Assembly: GCA_964373955.1 (NCBI GenBank)
Contig: CAYJXA010000001.1
Location: forward strand, 108,301-172,300
Reading direction: 5' to 3'
DNA length: 64,000 bases
From: an uncultured Methanosarcinales archaeon
GTDB taxonomy: Archaea > Nanobdellota > Nanobdellia > Woesearchaeales > GW2011-AR9
The notes under the pieces were generated by a model that was not told where the DNA came from, did no database searches, and saw only the letters and a list, made by a program, of their open reading frames with translations. The translations under genes and the position numbers were made by a program. The number at the start of each line of letters is the position of its first letter. Positions within the stretch are counted from its first letter, which is position 1. This document shows, piece by piece, positions 56,270 through 64,000 of the stretch.

Positions 56270-57835
56270 TTATAGCTTATCTAATCCCAAACCAAATCTT
56301 ATGTCTTTGTCTCTGCCAACTTGAACATGAGCAGCACAGGCGTCCACTCCTTTTGCAATAATATCTGCCCTGAGAGGACCGTACAATGAATGCGTTTGAG
56401 CTCCAGGAACTGAACCAAGAGTAAGATCAACTAACTGGCCAATACCTAATTCACATGCCCCTCGTGCATCATTTCCTTTGTAACTACGAATAGAAACGGC
56501 AACAGGAACTCTTGCATACGCACCAACAATCTCTTGCCAAGAGTGATTAGCAACATACTGTCGAGCATCCCCTAACATAGTTGCTAAAAAATCAGTAGGT
56601 GCAGGACATACTGGAGCAGGTGGACAAACTACAGCAGGAGCTGGAACCACGGGTGGAACCGCCGGAGCTGTTGGAGCCACCGGTGCAGCTGGTACAACGG
56701 GTGCTGCAGGAGCAGCAACATATGGTGCAGCGGGACTAGCTGCAGCTGGTACTCCACCATCCATTCTTGGAGAGGGAGTTTGTGCAATATAAGGAGTTCC
56801 CGGAGTTGCTGGTGCAATAGGAGCAACGGGCGGAACTGGTGCAGCAGGTGCAGGAACTACTGGAGCAACTGGTGCTACAGGAGCCGCTGGTTGAGCTGGA
56901 GCTCCACCATCTAAACGAGGAGGAGGTGAAGATAATGCGCCAGCAGACGCTGCTGAAGGTGCTCCGCCGTCAGCTCTTGTAGCTGCTACGGGAGGAGCAG
57001 GACTTGCACTCGCGTCACGTCGTTGAGATTGAGCAGATGCAGAGCCATCGAGAGGAGCAGAATACCCTGCTCCGTCGCTTCCTGCATCTAAATTAGGATG
57101 AACGCCAGCGTCTGCATGAGAAACTGGTGCTGGACTAGGTCCACAGCCCCAGCCTTGATATGAACTGAAACCAATTGCTGCTGCTAACACTAACGTGCCT
57201 AAGCCAGCATACGTTGCAATTCTTTCCCCGCGAGTTCGAGGTCGAGGAACTAATGCTCGCAATTGTGCTCCCCATCCTAAAGTCTGAAGATTTTGTTGAC
57301 CTTGCCCTTGTTGTTGAACAGTCATTTGTCCTAAAGCAGCGAAGACAGCTACTCCATCACTTTGTGGAGCTAAACCAAAATAACTTGCGGTATCAGAACC
57401 ATGAAGGGTAGGTTGAAGAGCTTGATGCTGCGCAAAAACGTCCGCGATTGTTTTAGTGCCAACCCCAATCTGCGCCCATTCTTCCGCTCTAGCAGCAGGC
57501 AATTGTGCCACCACTCTGGGCAAGCCAACCAGTGCATGATCTGCTGCGTCAAAACTTTCATACGCAACAAAAGTTCGCAAAATTCGAATAAGATCGTCCC
57601 CTACTCTGGTTCTGTCCGCCGCCGGAACTACTTGCGCTCCCGGGGCGGCGCCTTCGCCAGTGATGTAAGTAACTGCAGATAATAAACGAGCATCGTCAAA
57701 ATTGTATGCAAGAGGCTGGGCAGGTGGTTGTGCTTGGTAATGATTACGAACTTCATCTTCAAAATCTGAAAGTCGTTGTAATAAATCCCGCGCTTCTTGT
57801 GTTTGAAAAGTATGCTGTACTTGTCGTGCTGCCAT
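56270..57835 (-). CDS. Membrane protein with cytoplasmic N-domain, one TM, long Pro/Ala-rich linker and C-terminal extracytoplasmic domain
   Basis: Start chosen at the ATG with a gaggt RBS (MAARQVQ...); the ORF track begins at an upstream GTG. PAxPV repeats over about 150 aa. Confidence 0.5.
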   Translation of the reverse strand: MAARQVQHTFQTQEARDLLQRLSDFEDEVRNHYQAQPPAQPLAYNFDDARLLSAVTYITGEGAAPGAQVVPAADRTRVGDDLIRILRTFVAYESFDAADHALVGLPRVVAQLPAARAEEWAQIGVGTKTIADVFAQHQALQPTLHGSDTASYFGLAPQSDGVAVFAALGQMTVQQQGQGQQNLQTLGWGAQLRALVPRPRTRGERIATYAGLGTLVLAAAIGFSSYQGWGCGPSPAPVSHADAGVHPNLDAGSDGAGYSAPLDGSASAQSQRRDASASPAPPVAATRADGGAPSAASAGALSSPPPRLDGGAPAQPAAPVAPVAPVVPAPAAPVPPVAPIAPATPGTPYIAQTPSPRMDGGVPAAASPAAPYVAAPAAPVVPAAPVAPTAPAVPPVVPAPAVVCPPAPVCPAPTDFLATMLGDARQYVANHSWQEIVGAYARVPVAVSIRSYKGNDARGACELGIGQLVDLTLGSVPGAQTHSLYGPLRADIIAKGVDACAAHVQVGRDKDIRFGLGLDKL

Positions 57836-57928
57836 GATGGTATACCTCGTACGAATTGTTAATACCACTGCAAAGTAGACACTTCTATATAAATCTTTTG
57901 CACTAAATTGCTAGCTGGGAGTGATAAC

Positions 57929-59122
57929 TTATACGAAACTTCCCCGGAGCTGGTACAGAATACCGAGGATAAAAAGAAGCATCAAGGCCGCTCCCAAAAT
58001 GAAATGTTTACCCAACGCATATTCTGGCGTTCGGTCTCCATACTTCTTCGCTTCCCAATACAAAAGAATAATTAAAACTCCATTCAAGCCTCCCGCAACG
58101 GCACCGGTAATATCTAATACTCGTAAGAACGTGGCTAAATTAAAAACAGCAATCACCAACGGCAAGGAAAATGTTAATAATAAAGAGACCGCCCTGCTTA
58201 TCTTATAATCATATTCGTAGACTTCTGTAAGTGCAATGCTTAAGGTCAGAAAAGAAGTAAACATCGACAGTATGGCCAAAAGGTTAGCGAATACTCCCAT
58301 CAAAGGGTTGGCGTACATGCTTAAAGCAATGGTCGCAATTCTCTCATTGGGCTGCAATAATTCAAATTGTTCTATGCCTACTAATCCCATGATAACTGCC
58401 GTGAAGACAATATATAACAAGATAGGGATGAGCGAGCCGATAATTATAGCTCGTTTGAGGAGCTTTTTATCTTCACCCAGAACTTCCTGCATCTCTGGAA
58501 TGGCGGGTGAGCCTAATAAGGAAAACAGGATTACACCATAAGGCAAAAAAACATAACCCCAGTTAAAAGTGGAGAGACGAGAAAAATCTAATTGCCGATA
58601 AGAAAATATACTAATAGACGCAACAACCACAAACAGAAGAAGAATTAAAAAAAGTTCTACTTTGCCTGTTGCTTTGACTCCTCTCCAGACAATGAAAAAA
58701 CCGATAATAAAAAAGAGAAGAGTGTAGAATAGCGGCGACCCTAGTTTGAAAATTGCCCGTAAGGATTCCCCTTCTCCAATAAGATAAGCCGTTAAAGCAC
58801 CATAAATAGAAAAAAGCATAATGAAAGTCATAACCCGTTTTCCCCATCGACCGAGATACTTTTCCGCATACCCAGTTAATTGGTGCTGTTCTTTGGTTCT
58901 TAGAACGATTTCACCGGTGAAAAGATTAAGGTACAAGAAGGCTAAGCCAAGTAGAACTATAAACAGGAATCCAATGATAAATCCGGCTTTCGCAACGACG
59001 TAAGGAATCCCTAAAATGCCTGCGCCAACGATCGTTCCTACGAGAGTAGTACTAGCCATCCATATTTTGTGGCGGGAAAAAAAACTGCTTCTTTCAGTCA
59101 TTTCACCTCTTTTTTGGAACAT
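57929..59122 (-). CDS. Amino acid permease (aromatic amino acid / Trp-Tyr permease family)
   Basis: About 11 TM helices. N-terminus ..WMASTTLVGTIVGAGILGIPYVVAKAGF. Confidence 0.7.
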   Translation of the reverse strand: MFQKRGEMTERSSFFSRHKIWMASTTLVGTIVGAGILGIPYVVAKAGFIIGFLFIVLLGLAFLYLNLFTGEIVLRTKEQHQLTGYAEKYLGRWGKRVMTFIMLFSIYGALTAYLIGEGESLRAIFKLGSPLFYTLLFFIIGFFIVWRGVKATGKVELFLILLLFVVVASISIFSYRQLDFSRLSTFNWGYVFLPYGVILFSLLGSPAIPEMQEVLGEDKKLLKRAIIIGSLIPILLYIVFTAVIMGLVGIEQFELLQPNERIATIALSMYANPLMGVFANLLAILSMFTSFLTLSIALTEVYEYDYKISRAVSLLLTFSLPLVIAVFNLATFLRVLDITGAVAGGLNGVLIILLYWEAKKYGDRTPEYALGKHFILGAALMLLFILGILYQLRGSFV

Positions 59123-59188
59123 AGAGAAAAGAGAATTTTTGCTATTATATATAGGTTGTGGGAAGAACCGTAAAAGAAAAGAAAGATA

Positions 59189-60013
59189 TTACAACGGATT
59201 TCCAATATCCGTGAAAATAATTTTTCCTGTATCTAAATTCGTACGATAGGGTTTATCATTTGGAACAGCCATAATTAAGCCCACTAAATCATGCCGGGCA
59301 TTAAAGACACCACAGCCACTATTTCCTGGACCCCCTTGCATATCGGTAATGTAAAATGAAACATTGGGATTTTTGTCATCGTGAACAACAAATCCTGCAT
59401 GCCCACGCAAGGTTACCACTTCTCTATTCCGGTAGCAAACCGCATACACATTTTTATCCCCGTTCTTAAAATCGTATTTTGGATCAATTCCAATCCTGCC
59501 CGCGCGAAAGAAAGGTTTTTCTAAAGTAATCCGCGCCAGATCCGTATCCTTATTATGACGAACATTTCCTGCATGTAAGTCCACCCGCACACTCTCTCCC
59601 TGCGCGAGATAACTTTGGCTTTGTATATAGAGGGGAGCTCGGCGAGCTACGCTTTCTTCAATAACGTGGTTAGCAGTATACAACGTGTAAGGATCAACCA
59701 AGATTCCCGTTCCTACCCCTCCCGACGCAGTAATTCTAACTACATTATCTATATTTCGGGCCATGGGCCCGTCAACATTGAGTGTTTCAGAGAGAGATTG
59801 AGCAGCGAGAGGTTTGTCCCGAGCTATTTTTTCCACCAACTGAGGAACGGCCCCTTCCAGAAAGAAAGAACTTAATACTTGAATTCCAACTGCCGCCGCA
59901 AGGTATAACATTCCTCTCCCGTAATTAGAAGAAGCTAGCCCTTGGCGTTTTTGTTCTATTCTAAAGTCGCCTGCGCGTTCATCTTCAATGATAGTTCGTT
60001 GATCTTCTGCCAT
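59189..60013 (-). CDS. Membrane-anchored trypsin-like serine protease (S1B/V8-like, GNSG motif)
   Basis: TANHV (His), D, GGPGNSGCGVF (Ser) triad order. N-terminal TM. Confidence 0.6.
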   Translation of the reverse strand: MAEDQRTIIEDERAGDFRIEQKRQGLASSNYGRGMLYLAAAVGIQVLSSFFLEGAVPQLVEKIARDKPLAAQSLSETLNVDGPMARNIDNVVRITASGGVGTGILVDPYTLYTANHVIEESVARRAPLYIQSQSYLAQGESVRVDLHAGNVRHNKDTDLARITLEKPFFRAGRIGIDPKYDFKNGDKNVYAVCYRNREVVTLRGHAGFVVHDDKNPNVSFYITDMQGGPGNSGCGVFNARHDLVGLIMAVPNDKPYRTNLDTGKIIFTDIGNPL

Positions 60014-60023
60014 AATGTAATAC

Positions 60024-61547
60024 CTACAGTTTGTTCAATTCCTCATGAAGCCGTGAGGCCATAGTTGATGCTTGATCAAAATAACCCCCATCATCGCAAA
60101 AGGGAGCCGGCTTGACTAATTGAGGAGTTTCCTGCGCCAAATATTCATTCATGATTCTCGCTGCCAAGGTATCGGAGTCAGCTTGCAATCGGGCAACGCT
60201 CCGGGGCAACGTCCATAACAATCCGGGTGCGAAGCGTGCACTATATTCGGACTGCGCTAAAGCAAGTGCATAAAATTCGATGGGAGACAATTCAACTGCC
60301 AGCTGCAAATGGAATCCATCCCGAGCTTTTTCAAAAGTCGTTTTGGATGAAAGAACCGTTGCCCTCACATCCTGATGAGAGTATCCTCTAGCTGACTCGT
60401 GAGCTTTAATTTTGTCCAACTCTTCCTGATATTTCCGTCCAAGATCCTGCTCCAGTTTCCGTAGCACATCCATTTCTTGCTGAGCAAAGGAAGTAAAGCC
60501 AGCAAAATTATCCAAGTAGGTTCGACGGGCTATTTCTGCGGATCCAGTCCTGGCTAACCGCTGTTCTAAGTCTTTTAGGCAGGGCTGTAATTCCGTAAGG
60601 CGTTCCAGAGGAGGAACCCCTTTTTGATCTTTGTACATTTTCTTGTAGCAGACGTAAAAATTAGCGGTGGTGGAAAGATTCAGCCAGTACTTCTGTTTGA
60701 ATTCTTTAGCTCGATCCAAGAGAGCGTTAAATTTCTGCGCATACTGTGTTCCCAATTGTCCAATCTCATCCAGCTGCAAGGTCTCTTGAAATGCCGTTAG
60801 ATCCTGCCGACGTTGAGCCGCTACATGAGTTCGATGCCCAAGATAAATTGGAGTAATAATTGATGCCGCCAACGCTAAAGCCGCGACAACTGACCAAGTT
60901 CTGGTTTTTGAGCGTAGAGCCCGTTCCGGTTCAGCAGTCATAACCTCTACCAAATCAGCGAATCCTCGTTGGGCAAATACTTTTCGTGCCTGAATTTCAC
61001 CGGCAAAAGCATCAACCAGATGGTTCATGAGATAATAACGGACATATTCATTCTTGATCAGGGGCTTGGTTTCTGCCGGCGGTTCCGCTTGAGTTGCAGC
61101 GGTTCCCTCCTCTTTTTTGACTGTTTTCTTTTTCTGTTCTTCTTCCAGCGGCAATTGATCAAATAAAAAGCGAAGGGAATTGGCCATTGGCCTAACTAAA
61201 GCAAGAGCATCTACCAACGCTTCCAATTTTCGGGCAACAGTCTTTTTCCGGCGGGTATGTTGTACTCGCTGGCCCAACGTGGGAGTATACTCTAAGGCAT
61301 TAACTTGAGTTATGAAGTCTCCTAAACTTATGCCATACGTGCTTACAAAATTATAAAATCCCCGCTGCTGTAATTCCCGAACACTGCGTATTCCATCGCA
61401 AGTTTTCACAACATCAGAACACATCTCTGTAATAAAAGTACAAGCATCTTCCAAGGAATTAACGGTAACTGGCACGGGCAGTCCACCAACGGCAGCATAA
61501 CCCTCCAAAGGATCAGCGATCTCAAAGCGAGGAGTGATTCTTCTCAT
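60024..61547 (-). CDS. Arg-rich coiled-coil protein with central TM helix
   Basis: 507 aa. TM at TRTWSVVAALALAASIITPIYLG. Its start overlaps the stop of the VWA gene (TAATG). Confidence 0.45.
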   Translation of the reverse strand: MRRITPRFEIADPLEGYAAVGGLPVPVTVNSLEDACTFITEMCSDVVKTCDGIRSVRELQQRGFYNFVSTYGISLGDFITQVNALEYTPTLGQRVQHTRRKKTVARKLEALVDALALVRPMANSLRFLFDQLPLEEEQKKKTVKKEEGTAATQAEPPAETKPLIKNEYVRYYLMNHLVDAFAGEIQARKVFAQRGFADLVEVMTAEPERALRSKTRTWSVVAALALAASIITPIYLGHRTHVAAQRRQDLTAFQETLQLDEIGQLGTQYAQKFNALLDRAKEFKQKYWLNLSTTANFYVCYKKMYKDQKGVPPLERLTELQPCLKDLEQRLARTGSAEIARRTYLDNFAGFTSFAQQEMDVLRKLEQDLGRKYQEELDKIKAHESARGYSHQDVRATVLSSKTTFEKARDGFHLQLAVELSPIEFYALALAQSEYSARFAPGLLWTLPRSVARLQADSDTLAARIMNEYLAQETPQLVKPAPFCDDGGYFDQASTMASRLHEELNKL

Positions 61548-62764
61548 TAGAGCGCCCCCTTCTTCATTTTATCGTTCAGCGTTCGGCTAAATGCCTGCAT
61601 ATCTTCTAAGCGTGAAATGTGAGAGTACCAGGTTTGAGGAATTCCTGTTTCTCTAATTATTTGATCTTTACGAGGATTATATCCTCCGTCAGTTCTCCAT
61701 TCAACGAAGAATACTCGATTTAAAGACGCAGTGCCCATGACTCGTTGCAACTCTGCAATATTCTGGCGCATCGATTGCTCGCTAAAGACATCATTATCAG
61801 CAATAATATAAATATCTACGGCAGAACTTGAACCTTTCAGGATTCTTTCCAAGAGAGCATAATCAATATACGTTCCGTCACATTCTACTTTGGAAAATTG
61901 ATTTGCTAAGGTAGGCATATTTCGAGTAAAAGGAGTAGCGTAACTTTTCGTCGAGAAGACAAAGGCGCTTACGTCTGCATTTAATTCATGCACATAAAAA
62001 TCAGCGATTGATAGGGCAAAGGCAGAAGGCAAATAGACCGTATACCCTTGGCTATTAAACGATCTCTGTTGATAGTTACGGGGATTAGCACACATGCTTC
62101 CGGACGTATCAACCAGAATAACTGCTTTATTGTCACGAACTACTTCTAATGCTTTTTCTGGTTTTTTCTCTTTCGCTTTCGAACCGTAATCTAGCTGTCC
62201 GCGAGGAACAATAAAGCTGGTGTCCCGATTAAAAGTAAGAGTTTTGTCTCCATCCAATTTACGCAATTCAAATTGATGTCCCCGCTCCACATCAGCTTTG
62301 GGATTAAGATATTTTTGCGGCCCTTGCTCCTGCACATCCGTCGTGCCCGGATCAGCTTTCGGTTGATCAAGCTTGAAACGAAATTCTTTTGCCGTGAGCA
62401 TTAAAGCGGTAGCGTCCATTTCCTGCGGTGTGCGACCACTTTCCCCTCCCCTGAAATGCCCTAGGTCTTCTGCTTTTGCTCCTTCCTTGAGAAAATCCGC
62501 TAAGCTTTGAGAAGAATCTAATTCCACCTCTCCCGGAGCACGGAGTTTTTCTTCCAATGCTGATTGGCCTTCCAGAGATTTTTCCATCATCTCCTGCTGC
62601 TGACCTTGATTAGAAAGGGAACTAACGTAATCTGCGTGCTCTTTGCCACTGCACGTGAGTCTTCCCAAAGTGTAGATTAGAGAAAGATAAAAAATGCCGC
62701 GCCCGAGCTGCTTAAACCAACTTCCCGGTTCTTTTTTCTTTTCTTTTCCGTTTTTTGTCGTCAT
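61547..62764 (-). CDS. von Willebrand factor type A (VWA) domain protein with N-terminal TM
   Basis: MIDAS motif VILVDTSGSM..., then T and D positions. Start overlaps the upstream gene stop (TATGA). Confidence 0.65.
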   Translation of the reverse strand: MTTKNGKEKKKEPGSWFKQLGRGIFYLSLIYTLGRLTCSGKEHADYVSSLSNQGQQQEMMEKSLEGQSALEEKLRAPGEVELDSSQSLADFLKEGAKAEDLGHFRGGESGRTPQEMDATALMLTAKEFRFKLDQPKADPGTTDVQEQGPQKYLNPKADVERGHQFELRKLDGDKTLTFNRDTSFIVPRGQLDYGSKAKEKKPEKALEVVRDNKAVILVDTSGSMCANPRNYQQRSFNSQGYTVYLPSAFALSIADFYVHELNADVSAFVFSTKSYATPFTRNMPTLANQFSKVECDGTYIDYALLERILKGSSSAVDIYIIADNDVFSEQSMRQNIAELQRVMGTASLNRVFFVEWRTDGGYNPRKDQIIRETGIPQTWYSHISRLEDMQAFSRTLNDKMKKGAL

Positions 62765-63441
62765 AGTCCAACCAACTGAATGAGATATCGTTCAGCATCC
62801 TCTAAATGTCCCGGTGCTTTTCCCGGTACGTTTTCTTTGGTTACGTTGGCCGAGTCAGGAGATTTATAATATATCAATGCTTCCAGTCCTTCTGACGTTA
62901 CCGTTCCTTTACCAGTAGCAGAAAGATTGGGAGCAGGAATGGCTTTCGCGAGAGGGACAGTTAACTTATATCCTCCCGCAGTTTTGCGAACATGCGTGCT
63001 ATAATCTTTTCCGGCAATTAAAACTTGCTGGGGCAGCTGCGGAAAAAAAAGAGATAAGGTTGTTTCTGCAATAGACTGGGGAGCATACACTTCCGTGGTT
63101 TGCCGGGATCGCTCACTATATTTTGCCCCGTCCCATTTCTTCACTGCAGTACCGGGATGGAAAGTAACTGGTTTCCTGCCCTGCGCTACTAATTCAAGCC
63201 GGCTGAAATGAAGAGGATCATATCCCATCGCTTCAACAATGGGCACCTGCACTTTCTGTTCTTTGTAGACTATTCGACTATGCCTTGGCGGGCTTCTTCC
63301 TAAAACATAGGCTAGTCCTGCTACTGCCAACACTCCCGCGACTGCTACGGCATTCCTCCGGAGAGCAGAATAACTAGGCAATCGTTCTTTTCCTTCCCCG
63401 CGGATGTAGCCGAGGAATGTTCTACTTTCTCTTTGGTTCAT
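62761..63441 (-). CDS. Single-pass membrane protein, hypothetical
   Basis: TM AVAVAGVLAVAGLAYVLG. Operonic overlaps on both sides. Confidence 0.4.
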   Translation of the reverse strand: MNQRESRTFLGYIRGEGKERLPSYSALRRNAVAVAGVLAVAGLAYVLGRSPPRHSRIVYKEQKVQVPIVEAMGYDPLHFSRLELVAQGRKPVTFHPGTAVKKWDGAKYSERSRQTTEVYAPQSIAETTLSLFFPQLPQQVLIAGKDYSTHVRKTAGGYKLTVPLAKAIPAPNLSATGKGTVTSEGLEALIYYKSPDSANVTKENVPGKAPGHLEDAERYLIQLVGL

Positions 63442-63976
63442 GGAGTGGTTGGTGTGGTTGGTTTGGCTGGTGTGGAAACTTTACAGAATATTGCCGACCA
63501 TCAGTATATTCTATTTTAATATCCTGAAGATCCATTCCGGCAAAGGTCATTTCTTTTGTTTCTGATCCAATAGCGGTGCGATAATCCAATTCTTGCGTGT
63601 ACGTTCCTTTTCCTTGTCGGAAAGTAAACAAGACGCGCTCCACCGGATGTGCGGAATTTTTGGTGAATTGAACGTTATATGCATTGGTAGCACTATTCAC
63701 AAAATCATCCAAGCTCAATCTTAATTCACCACTCGTCGCATTACCTAGTGGAACGTATCTCCCGTTAATCATGAGTCCACCTTTATTATCGGATTTCCCC
63801 GAAACTTCGATTCGGGTATGCGCGCGTTCATCAATGCTGACTCGATCAGACGTGGTGAGATAAATAATAGAGAAACATAACGCTGCTAATCCGGTTGCTT
63901 TCAATCCGGTTCTCGCGCGGCGTTCGCTCCACAGCCGACGGTACAAAGGCATTTCGAGTTTTGGATCCATAGTCAT
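63422..63976 (-). CDS. Single-pass membrane protein, hypothetical
   Basis: TM GLAALCFSIIYL. Overlaps the next gene by 20 nt. Confidence 0.4.
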   Translation of the reverse strand: MTMDPKLEMPLYRRLWSERRARTGLKATGLAALCFSIIYLTTSDRVSIDERAHTRIEVSGKSDNKGGLMINGRYVPLGNATSGELRLSLDDFVNSATNAYNVQFTKNSAHPVERVLFTFRQGKGTYTQELDYRTAIGSETKEMTFAGMDLQDIKIEYTDGRQYSVKFPHQPNQPHQPLHEPKRK

Positions 63977-64000
63977 TTACCTGTATTGTTGCGCTCTCTG

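Noticed and set aside
54696-63976. Calling the Arg/Ala-rich 3' region a recent horizontal transfer on the basis of GC content
   Set aside because: Sampled codons in these genes retain A/T-biased third positions similar to native genes such as pgk. The GC shift is driven by amino-acid composition, so foreign origin is possible but not demonstrated.
1-64000. CRISPR arrays, IS elements, integrase genes
   Set aside because: No regularly spaced short direct repeats with unique spacers, no transposase or integrase-like ORFs and no terminal inverted repeats flanking gene cassettes were seen. The only tandem repeats are coding (TSP3 array, beta-helix modules, PAxPV linker).

Overview
This 64 kb window is an AT-rich archaeal contig, probably from a small-genome or DPANN-like lineage. 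The archaeal assignment rests on a tRNA-splicing endonuclease (EndA), archaeal-type Mre11, ABCE1, a DUF99 protein, PRC barrel and Lrp/AsnC genes, and on oligo-T terminators and TTTAAATA-type promoters. Housekeeping genes include pgk, a histidine-phosphatase (dPGM-like) gene, purA, a glutamyl-tRNA synthetase (interrupted by an in-frame TGA), nnrD, a geranylgeranyl reductase, a YchF-like GTPase, a PHP phosphoesterase and a Gmd fusion protein. I found three tRNA genes by hand. tRNA-Gly(GCC) and tRNA-Ile(UAU) each carry two introns, one canonical at 37/38 and one non-canonical in the T-loop at 59/60. tRNA-Thr(CGU) carries one canonical intron and is preceded by a partial duplicate of its 5' end. 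A large share of the window encodes cell-surface proteins: a 3002-aa N-glycosylation-rich beta-helix repeat protein co-transcribed with a tandem AbrB-fold regulator; a 1351-aa Cys-rich secreted protein with a small partner; a thrombospondin-type-3 repeat protein; and S-layer-like proteins. Some genes look bacterial in type: Lgt followed by lipobox proteins, a YidD-like protein, and an Ala/Pro/Arg-rich pair ending in an OMP-like C-terminal Phe. The 3' end of the window (59.2-64 kb) holds an overlapping operon of S1 protease, coiled-coil TM protein, VWA-domain protein and two TM proteins, all compositionally different (Arg/Ala-rich) from the Lys/Asn/Ile-rich native proteins. Other items are a HEPN-MNT pair, a KNTase-like NTase next to a PEP-utilizing swivel-domain protein, a twice-repeated structured RNA-like element downstream of stop codons, and a GC-rich candidate ncRNA with a 7-bp terminal helix.
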